Below are positions 1 to 13,989 of a stretch of 64,000 nt of DNA, piece by piece. The notes beneath the pieces were generated by a model, which had not been told where the DNA came from, did no database searches, and saw nothing but the letters and a program-made list of their open reading frames with translations. Positions within the stretch are counted from its first letter, which is position 1; every line of letters starts with the position of its first letter. Source of the stretch: Octopus vulgaris (lineage: Eukaryota); contig OX597833.1 in the NCBI GenBank assembly GCA_951406725.2, positions 27,404,001 through 27,468,000 on the forward strand. The letters are read 5' to 3'. Both the position numbers and the translations under genes were made by a program.

Positions 1-821
1 TGTAATTGTGGCACCATTTGCCAGGAAATCTGTCATCACTACTCCGTCCTGGTCCCAGAAGACTGTGAGCATGACCTTGCTAGCGGAGGGCTGCACCCTT
101 GCCTTCTTTGGAGGAGGGGAGTCACGGTGCTTCCACTGCATTGACTGGGCTTTGGTCTCTGGATCATAGTGATGGACCCAGGTTTCATCCTGTGTAATCA
201 GTCTTTTGAAAAATTTTGACTCATCTTGGCACATCTCAAATTCATCCTCGAGCAATCGACGCGTTCTTGCTTCTGGAAAGATGTGAGCAACCTGGGAATC
301 CATCTGGCAGACACCTTTTGCATATGCAAATGGTCATGAATGATAGTTTCCACAGACCCGGTACTAATCTTGACCTCATGGGCTATTTCACGAATAGTTA
401 TGCGTCGATCTTCCAAAATGGCAGCCTCAACTTGACGGACAGATGCCTCATCAATGGCAGAAGGGGGCGACCAGATCTGGGAGCTGTTTCCACAGAGTTC
501 CAACCATGTTTGAATTCACGATGCCAGCGTTTTACAAGTTCATATGATGGGGCATTATCACGATAAGTTACTTTCATTTCATCAAAAGTCTCCCGTGGTG
601 TGCGTCCTTTCAAATACAAAAACCGGATCACTGCTCGACATTCAACAGACTCCATTTCACACTTGACTCAGTTCAAACACCTGTAAATCAGAAACCACAA
701 TTAGTTTGAGCTCTAATTTGCCACTTAATCTATAGAGATATAAGTAATTGCACATGCAAAATTTCAGCTAGATCGAACAACTTCAAGTGGATCAGGGGCA
801 TTACTTATTGAACGCCCCTCG
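1..821 (-). mobile_element. Mariner DNA transposon, 5' part (runs off window start), frameshifted transposase
   Basis: ORF 398-655 (RAVIRFLYLKG..TF.EM...Y...APSY..VKRW.REFK.G, HTH) continues by frameshift into 198-503 (..RRITIREIA..V.IS.GSV..IIH.HL.M.KVSARWIPRLL). TIR ...TTACTTATTGAACGCCCCTCG ends at 821, followed by TA. Confidence 0.92.
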
Positions 822-1134
822 TATATATATTTATAATTAATTATTGATTGAGGATAGACGAAGTACTAGCGGTGGTAGAAATAAAAGTCGAAAACTTCTC
901 AAATAAGCCACCATTTCACTGAAAATTCAACAGGCTGATGAAAATCGAGGAACGGGCAAGATTTAACTTACCATTGCGGTTGAAAGTCGCAAGTGAGGAT
1001 CACATATATACCTATATCTTGTACCCTCAATTATAATTGATAATTAACTATAAATTTATGAATTTGCCTTTTTGGCTTTAATGCTAGCTGGCCATTTATA
1101 TTATTGCTATTATTTATTAATAATAATAATATTA

Positions 1135-2070
1135 CTTTTTACTTTTTTTACTTTTTACTTGTTTCAGTCTTGTTTTACTTGTTTAGTCGAGCAAATCGAC
1201 CCCAGGACTTATTCTTTGTAAGTCTAGTACTTATTCTATCGGTCTCTTTTGCCGAACCGCTAAGTTACGGGAACGTAAACATACCAGCATCGGTTGTCAA
1301 GCGATGCTGGGGGGACAAACGCAGACACACAAACATATACACATACATATATCTATCTATCCGCTCAGTCGAAGTCGACTCTCGGTTACTCGTTGGATCA
1401 GTGTCCTCCAGTCAGTTCTATCCTGGGCCGCTTCTTTCAGATTGGCTATGTCCATTCCGGTATCACTCTTGATTGTGTCAAGCCAGCGGGTTCTTGGTCG
1501 GCCTCTTCCTCTCTTGCCACTGACCATTCCGAGCATGATGTCCTTCTCCAGGGATTTTCTCCGCATAATATGACCGAAATATGCCAATCTGTGCTTGGTG
1601 ATCCTAGCTTCTAGCGACATTTTCGGCCTGATCTGCTTAAGAACTTCTCCACTGGTGAGCCTCGCTGTCCATGGAATCCGTAAAAGTCTTCTCCAACACC
1701 AAAGCTCGAATGCATTAATTCTCTTCTGGTCAGCTTTCTTTAGTGTCCAGGTCTCGCATCCATATGTTGCTATTGGGAAGACAATTGCATTCACCAATCT
1801 GCATTTGGTAGCGAGTCTGATGTCTCTACTCTTCCAGACCCTGCTCATGCTGACCATTGCCTCTCTGCCAAGTACTATCCGCCGTCTTATTTCTGGAGTG
1901 CAGTCACCATCTCGATTTATTTTGGAGCCAAGGAAGATGAAATCATCAGCCACTTCGATCTCTTCATTATCGATCTTGATGCTGATGTTTGTTGTGGCTG
2001 CTGTTGACATGACCTTCGTTTTCTGAACATTGAGGTACAGCCCAAATTTCTCACTCTCTTTCTTGACCAA

Positions 2071-2147
<77 letters not shown>

Positions 2148-2296
2148 TACGACGGGCTTCTTTCAGTTTCCGTCTACCAAATCCACTCACAAGGCTTTGG
2201 TCGGCCCGAGGCTATAGTAGAAGACACTTGCCCAAGGTGCCACGCAGTGGGACTGAACCCGGAACCATGTGGTTGGTAAACAAGCTACTTACCACA
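1135..2296 (-). mobile_element. tRNA-derived SINE (family A), split by an RTE insertion in its internal microsatellite
   Basis: Tail 1135-1357 and head 2149-2296 match the intact copy at 17289-17695. Confidence 0.9.
1358..2070 (-). mobile_element. 5'-truncated RTE-clade LINE (RT C-terminus/thumb)
   Basis: ORF 1357-2190: GLYLNVQKTKVM..F.FLGS..YGCETWTL..FELWCWRRLLRIPW..YFGHIMR..GKRGRGRPR.RWLD..DR.DWR, a typical RTE ORF end. Confidence 0.93.
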
Positions 2297-2994
2297 TCTT
2301 TATTTATGTATAATTATACACTAATATCGCTTGAATTTGGCGCTGGTCTTTCAACGATTTTGACAGACACGACGAAGCGAGTATAAATTTAATCCTTGGC
2401 ACCAGTGAGACCTACTAATGAGAACTAAGAGAAATATTTCAAAATTAGAAATCACGTGATATAGGTGATCCACAGCGGCAATGATCAGTTAAATTTCGTT
2501 ATTAGTGATGGAAGCACTATTGATTCAACATAGCATTCTGTATATCATATTCAACACAAATATACTGTTGAAAGCCTTGAACTTGCTGTATTCATCCATA
2601 GAAAGCATCTTGTAAGGACGTATATCGATAAAATAAACCCACAGAAATGTATCAGTATCAGGTGAAAGAATGTTTTGTAGCGGTGGTAGGATTGCTAAAT
2701 ATGTATTTTTGCTTTCTTGACAAGTCAGTTCTGATTAAGCAAAGAGAACTTGTCCCCGACTCCAGGACACTATCAACCCAACGCGGCCTTCTTTTTTTTT
2801 TTTTTTTAAGAAATTACGTCGTGATTTGAGCAGATATCTGACTTCTTATTCGTCTTTCTTTGTTTGCTCGATTTTTTGCCGTTGATTGTCGGTGAGGAAT
2901 TTTAAGAATGTAGTTCTTCTTCTTATTATTATTGTTGTTGTTGTTGTTGTTATTATTGTCATTGTTATTATTATTATTGTCATTGTTGTTATTA

Positions 2995-3035
<41 letters not shown>

Positions 3036-3149
3036 GTTGTTGTTGTTGTCGTTGTAGTAGTTATTGTTGTTATTGTTCAATCCTGATAGAGCATACATAA
3101 GCAAAAACATTTAATTCATGACTGTTCCGTCTTACTTTAAGAGGTTCTA

Positions 3150-3287
3150 TAGGTGCAACCATGGCCATTGAGACAAAGTGGTTTTGGATTCAAACCCACT
3201 TCGTAACACTTTCGGCAAATGTCCTCTACTGTAGTTTCGGACCGACCACGTGAGTGAATTTCGTACTCGGAAACTGTGTGGAAACCC

Positions 3288-3347
<60 letters not shown>

Positions 3348-3520
3348 GTGAGTGTGTGTGTGTGTGTGTGTTTGTTACCGCCTCCTACCGCTTAATAACT
3401 AATGTTAGTTTGTTTACTTTCCTCTAGTCTAGTGGTTCGGCAAAAGAGACCGACAGAATAAATATCAGATTTAAAACAATAAGCACTAGGTTCCATTTGT
3501 TCAGCTGAGCCCTTGAAAGG
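3150..3520 (+). mobile_element. Degenerate SINE family A copy
   Basis: Head and tail motifs (GGTTCGGCAAAAGAGACCGA) flank a (TA)n(TG)n core. Confidence 0.75.
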
Positions 3521-3794
3521 TTACAGACAATTTACAAGATGTTGATATGTTTCATTTCGAGCATGGCACAGCTTTGTCCAAATTCATCAGAGTTGAGAAA
3601 GTAAGAGGGAAATAATGGTGAGAAATGTTCCCTTAGTGTTGTGATAGTTGTATGTATAGGTGAGTACTGGAACGGATAAAGGTGAGAATAGACTGAAACA
3701 GGATCGGAAAATCTAGGAAAGGAAGGGTTACAATGAGTGACTAAGCAGAGCGCCATCACTCCCGTAGACGTTCCGACATGCACATCTACATGCA

Positions 3795-4010
3795 CTTATC
3801 TTTTATCTTATCTTTTACTTGTTTTCGTCATTAGACTGCGGCCATGCTGGAGTACCGCCTCGAACGAATTGACTCTAGTACTTATTTTTGTTAAAGTCTG
3901 GTACTTATTCTATCGATATCTCCTATTGATCCTCTAAGTTACGGGTACGTGAACACACCAACACCGATTACCAAATGGTACTGGGGTCAGACACAAAGAC
4001 ACACACACGC
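3795..4010 (-). mobile_element. SINE family A tail half
   Basis: CTTTTACTTGTTT..GACTGCGGCCATGCTGGAG..GTACTTATTCTATCG matches the family A 3' part. Confidence 0.75.
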
Positions 4011-4041
4011 ACATATATATACATATATATGCAAATATATA

Positions 4042-4090
<49 letters not shown>

Positions 4091-4127
4091 TATGGAATAA
4101 TTACTATGACGTATTGTGTAGAATATG

Positions 4128-4535
<408 letters not shown>

Positions 4536-4654
4536 CAGGGTACAGACAATATTTGAGGAGAGGTTTACAGATTTACGGTTTTAAAAAAATGCTTTTATAA
4601 TAACAAGAAAAAACTGTATTTTTATTAAAATAACATAAACGTAAAGTTAAATTA

Positions 4655-7054
4655 CACTGGACAGCAAAGATTTTGCTACTGGGGTAAAAGCATATGTTTT
4701 AGACTAAATTGAGGATGCTGATTCCGAGTCCGTGCTCAGAATTGTTCTAGCATGTAATTATTTTGAGTTATGCGCATGCGCAAGATCATAACTATACTTT
4801 TTGCTAGATATAGGCCGTATGATAAAATTTGCTAGAATGAAATCGGTACTAATTCAAAATTAAAGAAATAACAGCAATAAAACAAACGATGAGAAAGTTC
4901 ATTATTTAGCTTAACAATAAATGGAACTGACATATTGTATGCAAGTGCCGAATACTTGAGTTTGTTCTTGGTTACTCTCAGTGTCGTTTGCGCTGCTGTC
5001 ACATGTGGTGGTGTGTGTATCTCTCCTCTGCGGGATTACTGTTTTAACTGTGTTCATTGTGTTCGATCATGAATAGGAGAGGCAGTGTGAATCACCCAGG
5101 CAACTTTTATTATGTCTGTGGGAAATTTTTCCCGCGTAACCAGCAGAAGAACCTTACCACCAAATTAAAAACTGCCTATAAATATTATTTCGGGTGTAAA
5201 TTTGGGGATCAAGACAAGAGATGAACACTTCATATATGCTGCACCATGTGTTACTCGGGGTTTACGCAGTAGCTGAATGGAAAACAGAAGGGAATGCCTT
5301 TTGCTGTACCAATGGTATAACATGAGCCAACCAATCATGTCTCTGATTGTTACCTTTACATAACTAATATTAGTGGTTTCTCAAAGAAGACCAAAGCGTA
5401 AATTATGTATGCAGATTATAAGTCAGCGCTAAAACCTGTCCCACATGACTTCGAGAACCCTGTCCCAGTTTCCCTCTCATATGCTTCACTTGAAAATCTT
5501 GACACATCACACGATGAACCCCTGATTCTTTTATCGACGAAGAGAACGTAGTTGATTCTAAGAAAAATGAGCCAGGCTAGTTTAATCAAGAAAATTTGAA
5601 CGACTTAGAAAGAGACCTAGCATTGTCAAAGGAGAGGGCAGAAGGTTTTGGGACCCAAACTACAACAACGGAATCTTCTACAGCGAGGTATGAAAATTTC
5701 CATTTTCCGTTCTCGCTATAAAGGCTTAACTGTCTTTTTCAAGCAAGAAAATAATGCTTGTTTCTGTACTGACGTTAATGCACGCATGCAAAAGCTAGGA
5801 CACGTGTATGTGTCTAACGAATAGAGATTGTTTATAGACTAGAGTAAAGTTAGCCTCAAAGCCGTGTTGGTACATAATGTTAATGAAATCTTTCTATTCC
5901 TGTGGATTATATTATCGGTATAGAAGAAACTTATGAATCGATGGAATTCATTCTGATAGGAAATAATTACTCAGTTCATAAGTGGAATATTTGCGGTGAT
6001 TTAAAGGTGATTTCCTCCCTCCTAGGACTGCATCTGGGATATACCAAAAATATGTACTTCTTGAGTGTTTGGAACAGCTGTGATGACAGCAATCATTACA
6101 CTGTAAAAGATTGGCCTAAAAGAGATGGGCGCGTAGTTGCTTGGTACAATGTGCAGCATATGCCACTAGTAGACCCATAAAACATCTTCCTTTCACCCCT
6201 TCACATCAAACTTGGCCTTATGAAAAGCTTCGTAAAAGCAATGACACACGGTCGTTGTAGCTTCCAGTACCTAAAATCAAAATTTAGTGCAGAGAAAATG
6301 TGACGCAAAACAGAAAGCAAGCATTTTCATTGAACCCGAGATCAGAGAGTTGATATCTGATAGCAAATTCAGAGGTAAACTGAATCCAGTGGAACTTGGG
6401 ATTCATTTGTGTTAGTTGTACAGAACTTTCTTGAAAACCATAGGGCTGAAAACTATGCTGATTTAATAAACAACATGCTAATAGCATATGAAAGAATGGG
6501 ATGCCGAATATCCCTTAAAATGCACTTCTTGCATACTCATCTTGATTTTTTTTCCAATGAATATTGGCACCCTTGGTGATGAGCATGGTGAGAGGTTCCA
6601 CCGGGACATATCTGAGATGGAAACAAGATTTCAAGGCCGGTTCAACCCACACATGATGGGTGACTACAGCTGGTTCCTACAACAGTAGACCAGCATAACG
6701 CATAAACCCGAGTGCAAGTGTCTCAAACATTTCTGAGCTGAGTATATCAAAAATAAAGTGAGTATTCTCTTAACATAAATATGCTGTGTACCATTATATT
6801 ATAATACTATTTGACTTGAACATAAATTTACTATATACAGTACTAATATACTGTGATAATAATTATTTACCTTGAACTTAACTATTCTTGATTCTAAATA
6901 TAGTTTTAATATATAATTATGCGCATAACTCAAAATCCTGACCTGCTGCAGCAATTCTGAGTCCAGATTCGGAATCAGCGTACTCAATTTAGTTTGGTAC
7001 AGCACCATTTGTCTGTTTAGCAGACAATAAATCTTTTTTTCTTTTTGTCCAGCG
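4655..7054 (+). mobile_element. Chapaev3-like (CMC superfamily) DNA transposon, full length, decayed
   Basis: CACTGGACA...TGTCCAGCG termini; subterminal inverted match (4705-4775 vs 6920-6995); TA on both flanks. Confidence 0.85.
5069..6736 (+). pseudogene. Disrupted Chapaev3-type transposase
   Basis: Motifs across frames: MPFAVPM..EP.NH..DCY, FNQ.NLNDL.RDL.LSKE, KWNICGDLKV..LLGL..GYTK, PLHIKLGLMKSFVKA, HFLHTHLDFF, DEHGERFHRDISEME.RFQG..N..MMGDYSW. Many stops and frameshifts. Confidence 0.88.
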
Positions 7055-7494
7055 TATCAATTTCATAATTTCATTCAATAAAACCACCATAAGCATCAAT
7101 AACTACCTCTACGTGAGGTCAAAATCGTTTACAAGCTCGATTAAACGGGTCTTGTTCATATCGGACATGACTTGAACCATGGCGGCTTTCAAAGAATCTT
7201 TGGTGTTATGGGGGTGTTCATTGACATTTTTCTCAACGATGCTCCATACATATTAACCCAGTGGATTGAGATCTGGAGAATTAGGAGGCCAAATGTGATC
7301 ATACAAATTTTCGGCCATCCATTCTTGTATCATTTGAGCCTTGTGTGATGGTGCAGAATCTTGTTAAAAAACATAAGGCCTTCCATTGCATATACTGTTA
7401 ATCCAAAGCTTAATGGCTTTATCCAGAACCTCAATATACGCAGCAGCATTCACCCTAAGGCCTTGAGGAGGCATCACATGTCTTTTATTAGTGA

Positions 7495-8070
7495 GGTGTC
7501 CGATTCTGAGCAGTCGGACACCTCGTGGACCAACAGGAATGAAAGAAGCTTCGTAGAAGTGGCTAAAGTAGCAGAAAGTAATATGGATTTGGATGAGTGG
7601 AAGAAATACTCCAAGATGATGAAAAGGGACGGAACAAAGGTGGAAGTAACCGCGTCAGTGGAGATAATTGATAAAATAACGAGATGCACGGTAGTGTATA
7701 AAACACACTCAGTGACCGAAAGAAGAATTAAAGAGATGACGACGACCCAAGTGGAGAGGGAACAAAGTCCCATATGGAAGGATACTAGGTATTTAACAAG
7801 AGGCAGTAAATTTGGTACAATTGAAGTCCAATTTAATGATGTAGGCAGTGTAAGTTTGAACTCGTCAACAATATTAAAGAACTAGGAAGTAGCGACGTTG
7901 CCAATATATGGTGGAAGGAGAGCTATAAGGGTCAACGTAGAGGGAATCCCCCCAGACGTCGACGTGGCTTGGATAGTAGCTGCAGTCTTGCCACCAAGAT
8001 GGAAGCAAGGAACTGGAAAGGGCAATCCTTAAATATGGTGATATGGGGACCGGATGATGCAAGCGTGAGA
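7495..8070 (+). mobile_element. Tx1/L1-like ORF1 (gag-like) fragment
   Basis: ..RYLTRGSKFGTIEVQF..LP.YGGRRAIRVNVEGIPPDVD is homologous to ..YIARRKNYGTVQVRF..TYLGRRVVRVKVAQVPSEVN at 33336-33677. Confidence 0.65.
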
Positions 8071-8217
8071 AAACAATCCTTACCTTCGTTTGTTAAAACT
8101 TCTGGTGGGTCAATTTTTATAATTGACTCAGTCGATAGCCGTACTCTTCCTTCGCCGGACAACAGGTATTCAAAATAAATCCACATTTCAGATATCTCCG
8201 GACACTGAACAATAACG

Positions 8218-8390
8218 GATAAAGTTGATTATATCGACCCCAGTGCGTAACTGGTACTTATTTAATCGACCCCGAAAGGATGAAAAGCAAAATCGACCTC
8301 GGCGGAATTTGAACTCAGAACGTAACTGCAGACGAAATACGGCTACGCATTTCGCTCGGCGTGCTAACGGTTCTGCCAGCTCGCCGCCCT
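8218..8390 (-). mobile_element. tRNA-derived SINE (family B)
   Basis: Minus strand GGCGGCGAGCTGGCAGAA..GTTCTGAGTTCAAATTCCGCCGAGGTCG (B-box-like); recurs 6+ times in the window. Confidence 0.88.
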
Positions 8391-8899
8391 AGACGGAAAA
8401 ATATTGCATGATATTCTGACTTCTTGTTTTCTACCAATTTGTCTTTTCTTTTTTTTTTGCTTTTGTTTTTGTTTTTTGTTTGTGTTTTGGGGGGATTTTT
8501 TGGATGGACTGAAAAATCCTTTCAGTTTTGCTGAACTATTTCAACTTCGTAGCAGGCAGAAGATCAAAGGAGATAAAATAAGACAAAAATAATTGACGCG
8601 TATCAAATAGAAAGGGAAAAAAACAACTTTTAAATTAGATGTTTTGGCAAAAATCCAGAAAACTATTACATATCATACCTGAATATGACAAAATCAGGTT
8701 TTTTCTTTTGTATTTTTTGGTTTGTTTTTTTCTTTTTATTTCTTTTTGTTGTTGTTATTTGTTTGTTTGTTTTTTTAATGCTCAGTCATTAGAATGGTCT
8801 TATCTGTCACGCCGCACCAAGATACCATTTACCGCACATTGTTTAGAAATCACTACCCCATTACCGTCAATGTTTACATTCACGTACATTCATACGTGG

Positions 8900-9496
8900 G
8901 AGGGCGCGCGTACGCGCACACGCACACACATGCGTACACACACTCACATGCATACATATGTACACACACACACACACACACACGCACATGCACATACATA
9001 CACGCAACATCTTCACAGACATACTTTCTCTCTTTTATCTTTTTCTCCAAACATTCACTCCGTATTCTTTTTCTCGTTTTTTTTTTTGTTTCCTTTATGA
9101 GGAGATTGCGTCAAAGGAAATAAAGACAGGCTAGTCATGGTTGGAATGTCTTTTTGATCATAGGTCTTCGCCAGCCAGGACTAGTCTGGTGTTAAACAAC
9201 ACACCTATACTCGCAAAGACCGCGCGCGGTCACAGACAAGCACATAATACACACAAAAACATATACAAAACACAAACACATACAAACAAAACGAAACACA
9301 CGCACACGCACACACATATAATATATACACACACAAACACACACACACACACACAAGCGCACTCATACCCAAACACATGAGCATATACAATTATGATTGG
9401 ACAAATACACGCACATGATATAACATCTACACAAACACTCTTAAATCGTATACACCCTATTGCAACCATCCAGCTACCACCCAAACACCCAACGAA

Positions 9497-9535
<39 letters not shown>

Positions 9536-9665
9536 GACACACACGCAGACACGCACACACATGCACGCACACACGTATACATACGTAGTCCTAATGTCAG
9601 GTGACATATATCAAGTTAGTGACCGAAAGCACGGGTGATAAAACTCATTAATCACCATAATCACA

Positions 9666-9754
<89 letters not shown>

Positions 9755-9785
9755 CATGCGTGCGTGCGTGCGTGTGTGCGTGTTT
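8900..9785. repeat. (CA)n/(TG)n-rich low-complexity region
   Basis: Multiple CA/TG tracts, including ~80 bp of pure (TG)n at 9668-9750. Confidence 0.9.
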
Positions 9786-10149
9786 CTTGGTTAATATGTG
9801 TGTAGGTGCGTATTTATTGTTAGCAAGGTATGTCATTAAAAATTTGAAATTGCTCCCCGGATTTCAACATATTGGTGGTAAGTCTTTTCACAAAACTCCT
9901 GCAATGACATATTTGGGCATTAAACAACAACGCCATCAACAACAACAACAACAAAAAAAGACATTAATGAAATGACGAAAATGCAAAATTTAGTGAGGGT
10001 TTAATTAAATGGTATTAAAAATCAATAACAAAAAATGACTAAATTTTAACAAAATTCTCCAAAACTGGTTAGGGTCAATCAAGAAAACGCCATAAAAATT
10101 CATTGGCCTAGACTACCAGGGACAAGTGCGTTTTCTCATTTGCTGTTTC

Positions 10150-12050
10150 TTAGCATGCAGGAGCATACTTGGTGTATGTCCGTTTCCGGTGGCCAACTTT
10201 ACTACTCTAACTTAGCTTTCAACGTATCCCCTTTCTACGCTCATTTTCTTTTGCAAATGAATCTTGGCAAGCTAGCGAGAGTCTAATCGGAAAGGAAAGT
10301 GTCTATGGTCAGTCCTTTTCTGTCTCGTCCGCCATACAACTTCGTTCCCCATCGTTTCCTGAAAGGGGGAAACTTACTGGCCTTTCTAAGGTACAGAAGA
10401 GTGATAGGGTAATCTTCACGATGAACTCAGCTGACATCCAGATGTGTTCTACATGCGAAAACATCTTCCATCAGCAATTTTCGAACGCTGAACGAGAGCA
10501 TATAGAACGGTTTCCTCACTCGGCAAACAGCAACATTTCTGTGCCTGTACAGTTTATCCTGAATCGGCAATCCCCCTCGGCAGCAATGCCATGCCAGAGA
10601 TTTCTGGAAATTATCCATAGACCCTGGTACACAAGTTCTCGAGAAAAGACCAGCCAGATGACGCCTAGGTTTCCCTGAAAATGTAATTCCAGTTCCCCAC
10701 TACTACTCTAGTAAAGAATGTCATAGTGGAAGTTCTACCGACCACATTGCCCAACTAGTAGAGGTCTATGGGAATCTGACAGCATTCCAGATACTAAGCA
10801 CCTTGTCTTGGTTTCCGCTTCTTCCAAAATCGCAGCTCCGTCAGAGAGACGAGCTGAAGGAAACGTACTTGACAAAGGACGACTACACCTCACGTTTTCA
10901 GCCTTCCACTGTTATGCACCGTTCTACCTTGTTCGGAAGTTGAATTAGATCATGTAGTTTTACAAGTGTTCTGGCTTCACCTATAATAGAATCTTCAGTC
11001 CTGTTCTGGAACAATTTTTCGGTCTATATTTTTTAATTTACAGGTGTCACCTCCCTTCAGGATAATGCACGCCATAACCCACCAGATTGTCCGGCTCCGG
11101 TAGCACACCATATAGCTTCATCTTAATAATCCCTCCATCTTAACAATCCTCTCCCCATAAAAGTGAGAATGAGGTCACCAACAGCTGGTGTCGAGGATTA
11201 AGCGAGTTATTTTTATCACCCTCAGCGCTTGGGACAGTCTTTTGTTTTGGGGCGGGAAGCCATCAGTCTTTTTTTTTTGTCTTGTCGCTGCCGATTCTAT
11301 TAATTTCTCTCCTCTTTCCCTCTCTTTCCACGTCCTCAGTATAAAAACACTCAGGTAGTTTTTAATACTGCATGAGTAACTGCTGGCCTTACTTGCCCTG
11401 CGTCGCTATTTGTATCGGGTTTTTCTGCGCCCACAATCGTGTACAAGTTTAGTATGGCTATGGATTCTACAGGGAGGGAAACATCAATACGTGTATATCC
11501 ATGCAGTTCCCACAAGCCATGTCATTTTGGATTACTTTTTTTCCCACAATCTTCCTAGACTGCACCAAAAAAAAGGGATGAGGAGCCATGAGTCATTATT
11601 ACTACCAATGACACTGGAGTGATCCTCGTGTTGTACTGTGCAGTATATTGCGACAGGGGCTTGTGGGCAAATGTGTCATACACTAACTCAATCTATCACT
11701 TCGCCGCGTCCCCAGCTTCGAAGACGAAGCATTTTGTCTAACATGTCCTTTCTTCGATCGATGAAAACCACAGTTGTCCTTATATTAGCCAGAAGATCTT
11801 TCGACTGCCCTTTGAGAGCATACTGAAAACACTTCTGCTTTTTGATAAGCAAAACTATATCACGCATCTACATGCTTTGTCTTCGATAAAATTAATAGGC
11901 AAGGAGGTTGAAGATTTCGTGACATGCTTTCTACGCATACTTTTTTTGTGCGAATCAAACAATATTCAGAATTTCTTTTTGGAAGGCAATACCGTAAAGC
12001 ATTTACAGCTTTGGTTGCTTTCATCTTTGTTAGTTGTTATTTGTAGCATT
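10150..12050 (-). mobile_element. Decayed Tx1-like non-LTR element: ORF1 remnants joined to the ORF2 C-terminus
   Basis: 10427-10618 minus AWHCCRGGLPIQDKLYRH (zf-RVT-like). 10250-10350 resembles the ORF2 end at 33003-33185. Degenerate knuckle SYSCSIKNYLSVF at ~11340-11380. Confidence 0.6.
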
Positions 12051-12559
12051 TTTATATGTAATAAAAATGTCTGTTTGCTTATTTAACTGCTGTATTTTTT
12101 CCTTTTGTTTGTTAAAATTCTTTGGGGCATGAAAACTAGTCGACGAAAACATGTTTTACATAAGTAAGCGAATATTTACAATATAATTTATGAAATATAC
12201 AAAAATGTTTAGTGACAAGCCTCATTTCTTTTCCAAATTAAAACGATGAATATTCAAAATATTCCTGTGTGTGGAGAAAGGTAAGAGACAATTTACCACA
12301 TTGTCTGTTCAGTTTCTAAACCCAGGAAGAATACATATATAGGCATGGCAGAGCTGGGGTCTACATACACTGGACGTTAGGAAACATAGACAGAAAATAG
12401 ATAGTATAAACATACCACCAGGCAAGATCGCTGCTAATAATAAATTAGCCATATTTGTATTCTGGGATATACACATAGACAGGGAGATCGAGGTTAATAG
12501 AAGAAATAATGTTCTCAAGGACCACCAGGTAAAAAAAAATTTCATAATCTACATGTTAT

Positions 12560-12760
12560 TACCATTAGATGATAATGTATCCCTCAAAGAAATGCATTAT
12601 TTATCCAGTCATAAGGACCCGGAAATAGTAATAATTTGAATGTAGTGGAACTGGAAATTATCACTATAATGGTAGGCACATTAGGAATAATAAGAAAAAC
12701 CCAAAACCCCGCGACTTACAAATATATCGTGTACACAGAGAATAGCACTGCAAACCATTG
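12560..12760 (+). mobile_element. Degenerate R4/Dong-like LINE endonuclease C-terminal fragment
   Basis: KDPEI...IITIMVGTLGIIRK resembles KDLEIEI..TIPVVIGALG at 36960-37040. Confidence 0.5.
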
Positions 12761-12766
12761 TACATA

Positions 12767-12965
12767 CGAGGAGATGCTAAAAAGTTCCTGGCTTTAAGGG
12801 TATCGCGAAAGGTCTGGTTGGAGGCCCAACCTTCCGAGTTCTCTTACAGGATTTAAAAAAACTGAAGGACCTGCCATAAGTGTGTGAATCTGAGAGGCAA
12901 ATATTTGGAATAAAATTATAATTAACTGATCCTCCTGTATTTTCTTTTGCCCAAAGCCAGAAACA
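12767..12965 (+). mobile_element. Non-autonomous mariner derivative (MITE)
   Basis: TA|CGAGG..AAAAGTTCCTGGCTTT at the left end, partial inverted AAAGCCAGAAAC at the right; internal transposase end (KC..L.G.Y.E*). Confidence 0.65.
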
Positions 12966-13019
12966 ACCTACATAAATGATGTGGCTATTGCGGTCAAATG
13001 TATGTGCTTGTTCATACAT

Positions 13020-13220
13020 TAGCTCATTTCCGGCATCAGATCGGTGTTGCCTGAATAGGTAAACCGTGTGCCGCACGTCAGGTGTCGAAGTAATCGAAGG
13101 TCAACGCGAGTTGAAGTGTTTTGCTCAAGAATAGAACGCACAATCCGGTCCAGGAATTGAAACTATGACCTCGCGATCATGAGCGCAACACCCTAAGCAC
13201 TAGGCCATGCGTCCTCACCA
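13020..13220 (-). mobile_element. tRNA-derived CORE-like SINE (family C) head
   Basis: Reverse complement of GGCGCATGGCCTAGTG..TTCAATTCCTGGACCGG..TGTTCTTGAGCAAAACACTT, as at 43697. Confidence 0.75.
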
Positions 13221-13574
13221 GATGTATGTATATAAATAACATTAAAGCTATTTGCTGATGTGCATATGCGTTGCGCAAGGAAAACAGAATTAGAGAACTT
13301 TTTGACCGCAGAATATCGTTATTTGTCACTCTCTTTCACTTGCGGGGCGATTTCATTTTGCCTAGTTATGTGGTAAACTGTGTTTTTAAACACAGTACAT
13401 CTTAAAGGGACCTACCTTGATAAAGTACCAAAGGTTCAGAGCGTTTAACAACATACAGACATTGAGTATATCATAATAATGTTTACATTATTTAAGCTAT
13501 TTCCAACAAAAATTCCAATTTAACACACACACATACGCATGCACACACACGCATGCACATACACACACAAGTAC

Positions 13575-13643
<69 letters not shown>

Positions 13644-13989
13644 TAAGGAGACACCTCACATTGTAGTGTTACTTTGTGTGGCAAAATTGCGAACGTGTTA
13701 GATTTGTAAGAAAAACGCGCAAATAACTAGATACAACTGGCTAAAATATAATGTATAAGGAGAAGATCAGCTATAATATATTGGACATTGTAGATTATAA
13801 TATTATAAAAAAAACATTTTAAAATGGATTGCGAGAAAAAACAAGAAAAGTATCAATAGAGAAACGTATCTTTATGAAGTGAAAAATATCAGTTTAAATC
13901 GAATGAAAAACTTACATTGGAACAGCAATGTATGTAGCGATGAAGGGAAAATATCAAGAATTGCATTGAGCTGATTTTGGTTTTCTTTG

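Larger units (their letters stand above)
4536..7495 (-). mobile_element. Tc1/mariner-superfamily (maT/DD37D-like) transposon 3' fragment, interrupted by the Chapaev-like element
   Basis: 7055-7490 minus reads VF*QDSAPSHKA..QEW...IWPPNSPDLNPL..YVWSIVE..N.HPH....LKAA. Terminal part 4536-4654 begins TA|CAGGGT. Confidence 0.75.

Noticed and set aside
825-1100. CTGATGA(935)...CGGTT-GAAA with a short flanking inverted repeat
   Set aside because: Layout resembles the fold-back elements, but stems I and III and the UH site cannot be formed; at most a dead relic.
7361-7885. 174-aa ORF as a gene
   Set aside because: Chance fusion of antisense transposase sequence with a Tx1-like ORF1 fragment; no ATG start.
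8218-8390. tRNA genes at SINE heads (here and in other copies)
   Set aside because: Only A/B-box-like motifs fused to SINE bodies; no full cloverleaf.
8639-9975. ORFs rich in HT/CV repeats
   Set aside because: Translations of (CA)n/(TG)n tracts. The same applies to the YI, N, I, L, T and C homopolymer ORFs throughout the window.
13248-13480. Possible old Helitron end
   Set aside because: CTAG terminus and hairpin are too degraded to support a call.
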